The translations under genes were made by a program, and so were the position numbers. DNA of 60,487 nucleotides, the filler included, from Diploschistes diacapsis (lineage: Eukaryota): NCBI GenBank assembly GCA_023645945.1. It is 9 parts of 9 records of this genome, joined end to end, with 100 filler letters (N's around TTAATTAATTAA, not from the genome) between each part and the next. Parts side by side here need not be neighbours in the genome. Positions count along the whole stretch, not along the records: positions 6,777 to 13,439 come from JALAIB010001363.1; positions 13,540 to 20,199 come from JALAIB010001364.1; positions 20,300 to 26,954 come from JALAIB010001365.1; 6 more parts are not named here. The stretch is one strand, 5' to 3'. Under the pieces are notes generated by a model. It searched no databases and was not told the DNA's origin. It saw nothing but the letters and a program-made list of their open reading frames with translations. Every line of letters begins with the position of its first letter. Within the stretch, counting starts at the first letter, position 1. Positions 12,900 through 24,667 of this stretch are shown piece after piece.

Positions 12900-13439
12900 A
12901 TGCTATAGTACGTTGCAAAAGTTAAATTGTCTTGGCATTTTAGCACTTTTTTCAGAAATAATAGCTAGTTTTTTATATTGAATTTGAAGTATTTTTTAAG
13001 CGTTTAAAACTTTATTTCGATCTTTTTATATCGTTTTTTCGTCACGAAAAGTTTTTCAAGGCAAAAAAAATTTTCTGCCGAAAACAGCAAGCGCATTCAA
13101 GTTTATTACGTAATCATAAATTAGAAGATTACTTTTTTAATATTTAAAAAAATTTCGAAATGATTATTAAAAAATTCCGCTATTCTAACGACGAATAACT
13201 AGCCTTAAAAACTCGCTAAAGCTCTCACGCCACGAATATCCACGCTTACGTAATATAAATTACGCAATTTTTAATATTTTTGCGATAATATGTAGTATAT
13301 TCAATCTCGATTAATTCCGGTAGAGTGGCCGAATATAAGGCTTGCGGGGTTACACATCTGCCACTGCTGCCACAGCCACGCACCTATATATATTTGTTAG
13401 AATATTAATCTAAATAGGTTAATCTTCTAAAATTAACGA
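12900..13439. repeat. AT-rich degenerate repeat or transposon relic at the contig end
   Basis: Abrupt GC drop; TpA-rich and CpA-poor by eye; no ORF; internal duplication with a period of about 140 nt (13106-13145 vs 13246-13280). Confidence 0.6.
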
Positions 13440-14477
13440 NNNNNNNNNNNNNNNNNNNNNNNNNNNNNNNNNNNNNNNNNNNNTTAATTAATTAANNNNN
13501 NNNNNNNNNNNNNNNNNNNNNNNNNNNNNNNNNNNNNNNTTACTCTACTAGTCTACCTTAGGATTGCTCGTTTGTGGCTTGTGGATTTGGGAGTCAGCCT
13601 CGTGAGCCACAGGTGCATTGAGAAAACCTGAAATGTCAATGAAAAAACGTTTAACAAAACCATAAAATTGATTGATTGATACACAAAAATTTTATTCTTC
13701 GAAATCGAGCGAGTTGTGGATTTTAAAATTGTGGCGTTCGCGGCATCGCATCTAGCCGGACTTTTAGTACGTTGTGGCAGATGTGGTAAACGTCAGCTTC
13801 AAGTCTGGAGTGGGTGTGGGGTGTGGGTGTTTGCCAGCTACAATATAAGAATTGTACAAAATACCTTGATATCAATTCTAGCAATCCTCTGCCAGTCGTT
13901 TATCCATGCCCAGTGATTTCTGGAACCCCTCATAGCCATGATTCCGCCAAAACCCCGTTGTAGCATATATTCCAAGCCCCCGAACGCGTGTTCCCCTGTG
14001 CATGTACGCCTTACACGTCATTTTCTTCTATCTCTCTCTAAAGTTCGATCGCCCAATCCGCGTCAATACCCACCCAAACAGAGCAATTCATCTGCCACAC
14101 CGTGTGTGTCGCTGGAGCACGATTACAAGATCCTTGAGATTTGCACACTATCGAACAAAAAGCAAAATCTACGCAGTCATTGCAGCACCCAAGGACAGAC
14201 TTCGAGCATACTCATCTCCGTGACGAAGATTCTTGTACCACCAGCTAGCCCGCTTCTGCCTTGCATAATCAACGCTTGAGCAAACAATGTGGTAAATATC
14301 TGCGAGGCCAAACTTAGTTAAGAACGGGATTCCGACATACCCTACTATCTAGACTTTTCCTCAATTGCGAAAAAAACTGTTGCGTTGGCTAGAGGGGGCA
14401 AAGTCGAAGTCACTGATAGGGCAGCTTCCCTACAGCGAAGCAGAAGGTCTAGAGTGCCAAAACTCTTCACATTCGTC

Positions 14478-16727
14478 ATGTCTGCAGCGCTCAATTATGT
14501 GGCAACGGCCACCAGCGAGCTGGCGGCAAGAGATACGAGCAATCCAGCTACCGCCTCGAGACCACCGATATACAAAGTGATTGGCCTCTGTCTGGCCATC
14601 GCCTCGGGCCTCTTCATCGGAACGTCATTCGTCTTGAAAAAGGTCGGACTGCTGAAGGCGAACGTCAAATACAACCAAGAGGCTGGTGAAGGATATGGGT
14701 ACCTTAAGAACGCCTACTGGTGGACAGGAATGACCTTGATGATAGTGGGAGAGATTTGCAATTTCGTTGCATATGCTTTGTGAGTAGCAGTGATTTTTTT
14801 GCGTGTATCAGTCGAGTGGCTGACACTTCGTTTAGCGTCGATGCTATATTGGTCACTCCCCTTGGTGCACTGTCTGTTGTCGTTACCACAATCCTTTCGG
14901 CCATCTTCTTGAAGGAAAGGCTCAGTTTCGTGGGAAAGATTGGGTGCTTCATGTGCATTATTGGCTCCGGCGTTATCGTCTTGAATGCTCCTCAACAATC
15001 TTCAGTTGCGACAATACAGCAGATGGAAGGTTATGTTCGGGCCCCAGGCTTCCTCAGTTACGCGGGTGTCATTATCGTCGGCAGTGCCGTTGTTGCCTTT
15101 TGGGCTGGACCGAAATACGGCAAAAAATCAATGCTCGTCTACCTCACCATTTGCAGCTTGGTCGGCGGACTGTCCGTCGTGGCTACTCAAGGTCTCGGCG
15201 CAGCTGTTGTTGCGCAAGCTGGCGGTACACCTCAATTCAACCAGTGGTTCTTATATGTTTTGCTTGCTTTTGTTGTTGCTACTTTGCTTACCGAAATCGT
15301 ATACTTGAACGTAAGATCTACCTTGAGCCCGTCCGTAACATAGACGATAAGGCAAACTGACTCTTTGGCAGAAAGCACTGAACCTTTTCAATGCCGCGCT
15401 CGTCACTCCCACCTACTATGTTTACTTCACAAGCTCTACCATCGTTGCCTCGGCGGTTTTGTTTCAGGGGTTCAAGGGCACCCCTATCAGCATCATTACT
15501 GTCGTCCTGGGCTTCTTGCAGATCTGTGCCGGCGTTGTACTATTGCAACTCTCGAAGTCGGCAAAAGACGTTCCGGACACAGCCGTTCTTAACAGCGACC
15601 TTGATCAGATAAGAACCGTGGGCGAGCAAGAACAACCAGAATCCGAACCAAAAGCAGACGCTATCCGAGGCACGGCAGCGTTGCTTCGCCGATTCTCGCA
15701 GTCGAGGCAGAAATGGGAGGTAGAGGAGGCCAGGAGAGTTTACGAGGACAAGCTGAGAGACCAAATGGAGCCTATCGCGGAGAATGAGCGAGTCGAATGG
15801 GACGGGCTCAGGAGAAGAAAGACGGTCCTCGGGCCACAGCGGAGCCTTTCCCGAAGGGGAACACTCCATCCGCCGTTGGGTCTTACAAGATTCCCAAATC
15901 TCGATGGAGACGTAGAGGTGCCGGTGGGCCCTCCACCTTCCGACATCAAAGGCACCTCGCTTGGTTCCAGAACTCGAACACTTAGCTCCCGCATCTCTGT
16001 TCAACCATTCGCGGCTGGGAAAGCGCCATTCGCGATGCCCACGCGCGACGGAAGTACAGATGATGCGCACTTCGCGAAAGCACCTGGCACCGGCGAGTCT
16101 GTGGAGATGAAGCACGTGTTTGGCCTGCCTTCAGGGCTTCAATCCTATTCAGATATCTCAGAGCGAGTCTCACCCAGCCCACAGCCAGGGAAACCTATCA
16201 TGTGGGCCTCTGATGCTGGTGAGACGCCAAGGCCAAAGCACCTCGTATCACCCTCTCCAAGAGGCGCTGCCAAACGGCAATTCTCGTTCCAAAATATGTT
16301 TCACCGCGGGCGGGACGATCAAGAGGGCCCCCGAAATGTCAAGGATAGCCAGCACCTTAAAGTTGCGACTGAGGAGGAAAGAATGGGTTTGACGAAAGGA
16401 GACTCGAATACTTCATCTTCTAGCGAAAGCTCACCTGCAGAAGAACGGGTCGGGAACTCAGAAAACGCTTTGCCTTTAGGCATGGACGCAGCCGGTGCAT
16501 CTTTACCTCAATATGCAGAAAGGCAATGGAGTGACAGCAGTCTTGGGCCAAGAACTCCAGGAGGTGGTCGCTCCCTGCCTCCAATCCCCACGGAGGACGA
16601 GGAAGACGACGATGGCGACGCCGACTACGAAAAGAAGATGAAAGAGGTCGAGTACCGAAGGCCAGGTACTGGCGGAAGTGGAAGCAAGGATAGAAAAGGG
16701 GGTGCTGATGGGGCAGCATTCCTTTAA
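14478..16727 (+). CDS. NIPA-family (DUF803) magnesium transporter; introns 14780-14835 and 15311-15371
   Basis: IGLCLAIASGLFIGTSFVLKKVG, YLKNAYWWTGMTLMIVGEICNFVAYAF|VDAILVTPLGALSV, LN|KALNLFNAALVTPTYYV; several TM helices and a long polar C-terminal tail. Confidence 0.93.
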
Positions 16728-17061
16728 CCTCGCAGGACTCAGTTGTGATATAAGGGTACAGAGGTTACGCATAGGCATCATGCATTGTTACTATGATCGG
16801 TATAAAGCGTGGGCAGCGGTGAATTTCACACCGTTCGGCAAGGTATCGCGTGTACATTGTGGCATGCATGGTGATGCACTAACGACGGCGACGATACCCC
16901 ATAGATGTCGAGCACGTTCGATCGGTACAGCGTGCATTCACGTTTTGGGTTATGATGCTTGAGTTTAGCGGACCATGCTATATTAATATTTGTTCCAGTA
17001 ACCCAACTATACATTTTGGGGTTTTGACTTGAGCGTCCGTTCGATTGCTAATGTACGTTAT

Positions 17062-17421
17062 ACTGAGAGGGGTCCTATTTGACCTGCTCAGTTTCCTCAA
17101 GCATAACGGGGGATCGAACCCTCCAACGCATACCTTGTGTTTTTCTCAAAACTTCTGCACGAACCTGAGGCTGTCTCAGGTCATACCAAATTCGTTCTCG
17201 CAAGCGTTCCCCGCTATGGTTGCGGGGAAACGCAAGTTGGAGGGGAAATGGCCTAGTCCCCGTCCTCTGACAGACCTTGAAGCTTCGAGTCCTATTCTTA
17301 TAGATAAAGGCTGCACTGCAGAAAACTGGAAGAGAAGAGTGTTCGAGTCTGTAGCGGGTCGATTGCACATAGCCTTTCCACGGTACGTGACAACTTGGTG
17401 CTTGTTGCTCGAATTTGAGGG
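17062..17421. ncRNA. Candidate structured non-coding RNA or element (unidentified)
   Basis: Six consecutive hairpins plus Pol III A-box and B-box-like motifs in the NIPA-MOSC intergenic region. I could not match it to a snRNA, SRP, RNase P/MRP or tRNA. Confidence 0.4.
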
Positions 17422-17652
17422 ATGTAAAAACGGTTGAGGCTGCCGCCCTTCACTCGGACGTCTGACCATTTGATTGCTGTCGTCGGTTGTTGTATGATCT
17501 TTTCGCATCCTCTTTTCATATTCCGTCCGAACGAGGATTGTCCTAGTCATTTCATTTCCTTGCGAAGGCTAGCCTGTAGGCAAACATCATCACTGCAGCG
17601 CTGCTACCTCACAACCCCCAAAGCTTCTGTCCTGAGCAGAGTCTCGTGCAGA

Positions 17653-19120
17653 ATGAAGATCGAACAGGTACCGTCCTCATCTTTCCCTCCCCCCCTTTTA
17701 CTTTCACTTTCCCGTCCATATCATTCTCTCGCTCCTCTTCCCATCCCTCAACCACCTTGAACTCTCCCCTCTCCCGCGAACGACCTTCTCATCTCCCATT
17801 TCATCTAGCTCTACACCTACCCCATCAAATCTCTCCGCCCCTTCGCCCTCCCCTCCACGCACCTCACGCCTTATGGCTTTCCCCATGACCGACGATTCAT
17901 GCTCCTCAAGGTGCACCCAAAGCCCCACAAAGAAGGGTCGGACAGCACCCTGCAGAACATGCTAGTTGTCAAGTTCAACGAGATGGTACTTTTCCGGCAG
18001 GAGCTTCGGAGATCCTCGTCGGCACACTCGAATCTCGAATCTGACCGTGTGGCGGACGGGTACGACGAGTTGCTCATCTGCTACGACCCGCCGCTTGAAC
18101 CGCCGGCGGATTTTCCCGGTGCGATGGAAGCAAAGGAGCTCGTGGTTCCGCTGAAGCCGGATGTGCGGGGGATGAAGGAGGTCGAGGTGTCGCTGCACAA
18201 CAGCGATACCACCGGTTACGATATGGGGGAGCAATACAGCGGGTGGTTCACGGAGTGCTTTGGGTACAAAGTCATGCTCGTGTACCTTGGTCCTAGTCTG
18301 CGGCCGGTATTAGGGAACCTGTCACCTAGTGTTGCGAATGCACGGGATGGTGGGCTGGCGCCGGCACAGTCGTCGGGAGGAGCAAAGTCGTGGCTGGGCA
18401 GCGTTGTGGGGTCGGTGCCAGCGCTCGGGTCGTGGCTCGGCGGGGTTGATGCAAAAGGGGAGGATGACGAGAGGGCGAAAATCACGTTTGCGGATTGCGG
18501 TGCTTATCTGGTCGTGACGACCGAGTCGCTGGCCGATGTTTCCTCGCGCCTACCGGAGGGGGAGGAGATGGATGTCACGAAGTTCAGGCCCAACATCGTA
18601 CTCTCGGGAGCAAGTGAGGCGTGGGAGGAAGATTTCTGGGATTCAGTTGAATTCTGCGATCACGAGGTGGAAGGCATCTCGGAACCGGGGAAGCGAGAAG
18701 GAGACATCCCGCGCCTATTGTTGACAGCAAACTGCACCCGCTGCGCGAGCATCAACGTTGACTATGAGACCGGCAGACAGGGGAGAGGGGCGGCGGGGGA
18801 AGTGCTGAAGAAGCTGATGAAAGATCGAAGGGTAGATGCAGGCCGGAAGTGGAGCCCTGTTTTTGGCAGGTATGGGTTTCTGGACCGATGGACTGCCCAG
18901 GGAGACTGGCCGGTGGTGAGCGTGGGAGATGAGGTGATGGTGGGAGGAAGGAGGCAAGAGAGAAGGACCTGGGGTACGTTCAATCCTTCCCGTTCCTTTA
19001 TTGCTATGCTTTGATCTTCCATCGTTCTTCCTTGCCCGGAAAGAATGCGCGAGAGGGCAATCCGTTTGGCAAGAGCGTGCGCTGACAGTCGTCCGATGTA
19101 TAGAATGGCCGGGCATATGA
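17653..19120 (+). CDS. MOSC-domain protein (mARC/YcbX-like); introns 17668-17808 and about 18974-19103
   Basis: MKIEQ|LYTYPIKSLR...DRRFML (MOSC_N), ITFADCGAYLVVT..SL, KFRPNIVL, CTRC, FGRYGFL; last exon WPGI*. Confidence 0.9.
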
Positions 19121-20861
19121 TTCGCCTCGCTATAACCACGAACCTCGCTTCGATCCACCTTCACCGTTCGGGGCCCATCGACCGACCCACTGGGGATCCA
19201 AAGGACAGGCGGCACGGAGATACTAGCGCGTGCTGTGCAGCTCGACCTTGCTCCATCCCGTCTCGCGCACCTTAAGTATCTTTGCTCAGCCTCCCGTACA
19301 ACGGACAGGCCCGACTACGCAACCAGCCAACTTCATCATACCCCGTTGGTTTGCAATAGTGGCGGGTGCAGCGCATGGAAAGCCCTTTGGCCGCAACGTT
19401 CCCAATGATAAAGCTCACGCAGTCGAAAGAGAGGTGGTCCGGTTTCCAGCACGGCATTTCTCCCTAGAGGCCTGGATTCCCTTTGGATCGAGATCTCAGC
19501 TATTGTGCATCTACAACATGGGCCTGGGGTAGTTAGGGGAAAGACGCGATGGGAGAGCGCACGAGGAGCAGATGCTATGGGCTGTACCTACCTATCTCAA
19601 CGGGGGTTCTGTGAAATTGAAATATTCCCATGATATAAGACCATGCACCTGAGATGGTTGATATGATAGTAAGCATGCTGGAGATATCCCATGGTACCAT
19701 TCAACTCCATGGCTTTGCTTCTTGGCTCGCGGATCGTTTCGGCCGTAGGCTTTGAACGCTCTCCCTATATCCAAATCTCGATAGCGAATTCGGGGTGTTG
19801 TCGCTGCTCTTGAACAGATGATATGTAAACAAAATACTGGATACCCGGCCAAGTCCAACCAAGCAAGTCGCTGACGTTAGCTAACAAGATTCAAAGGGAT
19901 TCCTACTTCTCGCACAGCACGGCCGAGTCCCAAAGCCGTGAGCTCTCTCTGTCTCTCTCGAAGAGCTGAGATCCGTGCTGCCATATGTGGCTAGGTGAAA
20001 GCAGCAGCAGCGCAAAAGACTCTGCTATCCTCCTACCACGTTGGCTAAAATCTCATCCACGCCAACAACAACGGCCCATGGAAACCAAACGGGACACGCC
20101 TCCTGTCATCATCCTCTTCGTGGCAGAAGAACGTTGGAACTCGCCCGCCCTCTTCCTTCGCCCGATCGCAACGCTCGGCGTTACGGCACAACCCCCGCAN
20201 NNNNNNNNNNNNNNNNNNNNNNNNNNNNNNNNNNNNNNNNNNNTTAATTAATTAANNNNNNNNNNNNNNNNNNNNNNNNNNNNNNNNNNNNNNNNNNNNG
20301 GCGGGGTCGGGTGTGTATGTATCCTACCATATATTGGAGCGCATTATGTTTCATAGCCAGCAAGCTGGAACCATATCTGCACTATCGGATTATTCACGAT
20401 CCCGTTCTTTATCAATACGAACCAAACCACGTGAACAGGAAGCATTCATTGATCCCGCAAACACCATGTCCAGGTATTAAGTTTTCGCTATTTCCAGCGG
20501 TGTCTCGAGATTATGGGTGCAGCAGCAGACATGACCAAACCCCTTGTACGCGGGGAGAGCCGCATATGATACAGTTCAAGTACGTTTTCCTGCCAGCACA
20601 CAGTCCGTTCCAGGCTCATTCCAGTCCCCAAAAAAATTTTGACCCTGGTCCCGCTCCGATGCCTCGCATGCCTCGCGCCCGAGTATCAAAAGGGAACATG
20701 CTCCGTTCCGCTCTCGTGCCACGCCGTGCCCATGCCTTGCTCGCGTCAAACGCTCAGTGCTCCATCAATTGTCACTCCTGCTTCTGCATCATTAACCCCG
20801 CTTATGCATTGCAAGGCGCATCATCGATTCCCCCTTTAGTCTCATGTCCAGGCCGCGCCGT

Positions 20862-21625
20862 TCACATCTCATCGTCCTCCAAGTCGCGGTGACGGAGCAG
20901 AACCTGCCTCTTGAACTCCGCCGGGTCCTGGTCCCAGAACTCAGCTGCTTGGCCGTTGAGTGGGGATGCACTACCGTCATCCATGTCAGTCCGCAAACCA
21001 CGACCTTCAAACACCCTTCCCCTCAACCACAAAAAAGAAAAAAAAAAGAAAAAAGAACAGCCAGAAGAAAAAACTCACTTGTTAGGTTCGCCCAGCAAGC
21101 TCTGCAAGCTGACGAGCACGCCGTGCACGTTCATCACGGCGCTCCACTTCTCTTTCAGGATGTCCAGGCAGATTCTCCCGCTGAAGTCGAAGTTCGGGTG
21201 GTAGATGGGCGTTTTGAACAGCACCGTGGGCGGAGAGTAGGGGTAGTTTGAGGGAAACTCCAGGGAGAGCTTGAGGGTCAGGTTCTCGTAGGGCGTGCCT
21301 GTCGGCCCGATGATGGTGGCGGTCCAGTGGAGGAGGGAAGAGGAGGAAGGGAAGGCGGAGATGCCCGGGGTTGGGGAGACCATTAGGGCCATTAGTTCTG
21401 ATTGGAGGCTACGGGAGGAAAAGTTAGCGAGGAGGTGATGGGGGTGTCGTGCAGGGGCCGGGAAGAAGGGTAGAAGGGAAGAGTGGAGGAGAGACATAGG
21501 ACATACCGCTTGGTGACGCTCTGTGCATCGATGCGGCGCTGGGGAGCGGAGCCGAGCTTGGCGACTTCGTGCATGGTAAATTCGCCTGGGGCGGAGTTTT
21601 GGGTGTCTTCCATTGTGTAGTCCAT
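20862..21625 (-). CDS. UBC11: Ubiquitin-conjugating enzyme E2-C/UbcH10 (Ubc11-like), 2 introns
   Basis: SVTKR|LQSELMALM..PGISAFP, FPSNYPYSPP, YHPNFDFSGRICLDILKEKWS (catalytic Cys), SLLGEPN|NASPLNGQAAEFW. Confidence 0.92.
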
Positions 21626-22211
21626 CTTGATATCTCGCTTCTTTGCAATGAGGCTCTTGTGGAATGAAGAGGTCGCGGGAGAGGGTGAAGTATGCTAGAA
21701 GAACGCTTTGACGCTGAAAGCGGAAGTGAACTTGTGGAGTTACAATTGAAGCTGACAAGAGGGGAAGCAATGAAGCAAGGAGCGGGAGGCTCGAATAGAA
21801 GCCGGCTATGTGTTCTGGAGTAGATGTAAGAAAATGAGATAGAAGATGTTATGTTACTTGCGTTCGGTCCCTTGTGAAGCCCAAGCTTCGTGTGTAGTCG
21901 AGATATGGGAATTCTTAGGTAGATGAAGGGGTGTCTTTGTGCCTTTGTGCTAGCAGGGCGTTCTAACCGTTGCGTCTTGTTGACCTAGGTTACCCGTCAC
22001 GGGGGGCAACGATGTATGGATTGGATTTCAGGCCTAACGGTTTTAAGCAGAATAGGCGCGTAAGAGACACGCCTACCTTGGGTTTGGGGGCACGCGATGC
22101 GTCCGCGTTGAGGGGCGTTTAGCTGCAAGGAGAGAAGTAGGCAAAACGAAACTGTGTCGCAGAAACGCTTTCGCACGATAAAGAGTGCATCTAAGGTCAC
22201 AAGGATGTTGG

Positions 22212-22282
22212 GTAAACAGGTTGGTACGCGCAGCAGCGACTCAGAAGTCGCTGGCTGTCGTTGAATTGAATTAAAGTAAACA
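22212..22282 (+). promoter_or_regulatory. Two forkhead-type sites (GTAAACA) in the UBC11/CHK1 divergent promoter
   Basis: GTAAACA at 22212-22218 and 22276-22282; several CGCG (MCB-like) cores at about 22056-22230. Confidence 0.45.
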
Positions 22283-22398
22283 TCATCTTGCTCGTTTCAC
22301 TTCCTACTTCTCCGGCGCTTTCTGTGATAGCATATGGTCGGCGTTGGAGTTTTGCATACATCTTGTCTCCTTTGGTTTCTCTACCTTGGCGTTTCAGC

Positions 22399-24066
22399 AT
22401 GATTGCGCATTCTCAACTTGCTCCCTTACCCAGCGAGCTGCCGTTTGACGTTGTGTCCAAGACCATCGGTCAAGGCGCATACGCTTGGTGCGAGCTTCTC
22501 TAGCATCCCCATTATTCCACTAACTGCAGAAGTATCAAAAAGGGTCGCATACCGGGAAATCCTCAAGTTTTTGCCGTCAAATTTATACACAAGGAGTTTG
22601 CGCTCAAACATGGCAACGTTACGAGGAAGCAGTTGGATATGGAGATTACTCTGCACAAATACCTCGGTGCGCATGCAAATCTGGTTCAATTTTTTCAGTC
22701 CGGCGAGAACGCAGATTGGAAGTGGATTGCCATGGAACTTGCAGAGGGAGGAGATCTGTTCGACAAGATAGAATCGGATGTGGGGGTCGGCGAAGACATT
22801 GCTCACGTCTACTTCACACAACTCGTGAATGCGGTTACATTCATGCACTCCAAAGGGGTCGGGCATAGGGACATCAAGCCCGAAAACGTATTACTCTCGT
22901 CGGACGGAAATCTGAAGATTGCCGACTTCGGCCTGGCGACCCTTTTTGACTATCAGGGTCAACGCAAGACCTGTAAGAGTAGTTGCGGCAGTCCGCCATA
23001 CACTGCACCGGAAGTCTTGCTATGTACACCGATGACGGCGAAGCAAGGCCTTGGCTACTTTGCAGATTATGTGGATATCTGGTCCTGCGGCGTCGTCCTT
23101 TTCGTCCTACTCGTGGGAAATACGCCCTGGGATGAGCCAAAAGCCGGCAGCTGGGAATATGAGGAGTATGTTCGCACCTCAGGTCATCCAGATGATGAAC
23201 TGTGGCATAAACTCCCACAGGATACTCTGTCCCTACTCCGCGGCATGATGAAGGTCGATGCAAAGTCCCGCTTCTCCCTGACCGACGTTCGACGGCACCC
23301 CTGGTTCACGCGCTCTAACCCACATCTCACGCCAGATGGCAAGCTCGTTGACCCCATCAATCTTGCCACGCAGATGTTTGAGAGAATACACATCGACTTC
23401 AGTCAACCTCAAACCGCCAGATCTACTCCTCGTCCTTCTAAATATCAGCCTTCAGCATCGCCAGATGCCATGGATCTCGACTCGCAGCCTCAACGCCTGC
23501 CTCTCACTCAACCCGAAACGCCCACCGCGGACATCGTGTTCGATTGGGAAACCAACCCCTCCCTCGCCGCAGCTGTTGCCTCCGCATCCCAGCCTTCCGC
23601 TAACGGCATGGTCATCCCGTCATCCCTCGACGATCGCCTTGCCGAAGACCCAGCACTCAGCCAGTTCGCCCCTTCTTCCATTGTACCAATGTCCCTTACG
23701 CAGGCTGCGCGCCGCTTCGGCGACATCCTCCCCAGCCACAGCCTCACGCGTTTTGTCTCACTGTGGAGCGTACCGGCACTATTACCTATACTCAAATCTG
23801 CCTTGCAGCGCGTTGGAGTTCCAGTGGCAGAACCGCGCAGCGGAGAGGGCGGAGGAGATGCGGCGTGGATCAAGGTCCGGCTCGTCGATGAAAGGCGATG
23901 TGTGCTAAAGGGGGACGTGGTTGTTGAAAAGGTGAGCGCTGGATACGAAGGCGTGAGCTGCGTCAATGTGTGTTTTGTCAAGACGAAGGGCGACCCGGTA
24001 CAGTGGAGGAGGTTCTTCAAGAAAGTCGTTGTACTCTGCGGGGAAGCTGTTTGGAGGCCTGAGTAA
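22399..24066 (+). CDS. CHK1: Checkpoint kinase Chk1; intron 22488-22532
   Basis: SQLAPLP..LPF..VSKTIGQGAYAC|IKKG, FAVKFI, HRDIKPEN, DFG, CGSPPYTAPE, GNTPWDEP, TQP motif, LTRF, and the C-terminal KA1 motif KGDPVQWRRFFKKVV. Confidence 0.94.
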
Positions 24067-24667
24067 GAATGGAAAAGGGTTGCTGGAAGTGAAAGGTAGA
24101 GATACTGTGCTCGGATAGCATAGTTATGGTTCTACCACAAGGGCGGTTCCAAAGTGCGTTAGAAAACAAAAATAGGGAAGCATTTCCATGAGGGCGAGCC
24201 AAGACTCAAGCTTCCCAGCGATCATGAACTAGTAGAGCCCCAATACAAATGAACAAATACAACAGGAAAGAAGAGATGAGCAATAGTATTGAAGTCCCAT
24301 GATGCATGTTTTGTAGCAATTTGCTTGATACTTGTAGTTGATAAACGACGCTTGCGCCAAGAATGCCAAGCTAACTATACTAACTCTCATAATGTTGTGG
24401 AATAAAAATTATTATCGGGTAGCCGAGGGTCATGTGAAAAGGCAGTAACTGTGCCAACGAGAGCTAGATAGAGCTGTCTGACACTGAAGCCAACGAGCAT
24501 GACTGATCTTATGGTGGCGCCAATGCTCTATCCACCTTGAAATAAGAACTTTATGACAACGGGATCCACGCCGGCATGCCCATCAACAACCGGCAGCTTC
24601 TGCTTGAGCTGTCTGTTGAAGCCCGGAAGAATAGGCGGCAGAACTCTTGTTCACCCTACCCTACAAA

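Noticed and set aside
13319..13345. tRNA-like start GGTAGAGTGGCCGA..AAGGC
   Set aside because: No anticodon arm, T arm/B box or complementary acceptor strand follows.
12906..13785. Single transposon with TSD TAGTACGTTG and TIRs spanning the gap
   Set aside because: The two sides belong to unlinked contigs, so they cannot be the ends of one insertion.
16998..17010. Telomerase RNA template upstream of the structured element
   Set aside because: TAACCCAAC is not the expected TAACCCTAA, and the intergenic space is short for a filamentous-fungal telomerase RNA; unsupported without a covariance search.
17355..17375. U1 snRNA (ATTGCAC loop motif)
   Set aside because: No ATACTTACC 5' end or properly placed Sm site.
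18974..19014. PTS1 (-AML) created by retention of the last MOSC intron
   Set aside because: Weak non-consensus tripeptide without supporting context; chance is likely.
19985..20199. ORF running into the gap (METKRDTPP...)
   Set aside because: Too short, several frames are open, and no motif is recognisable.
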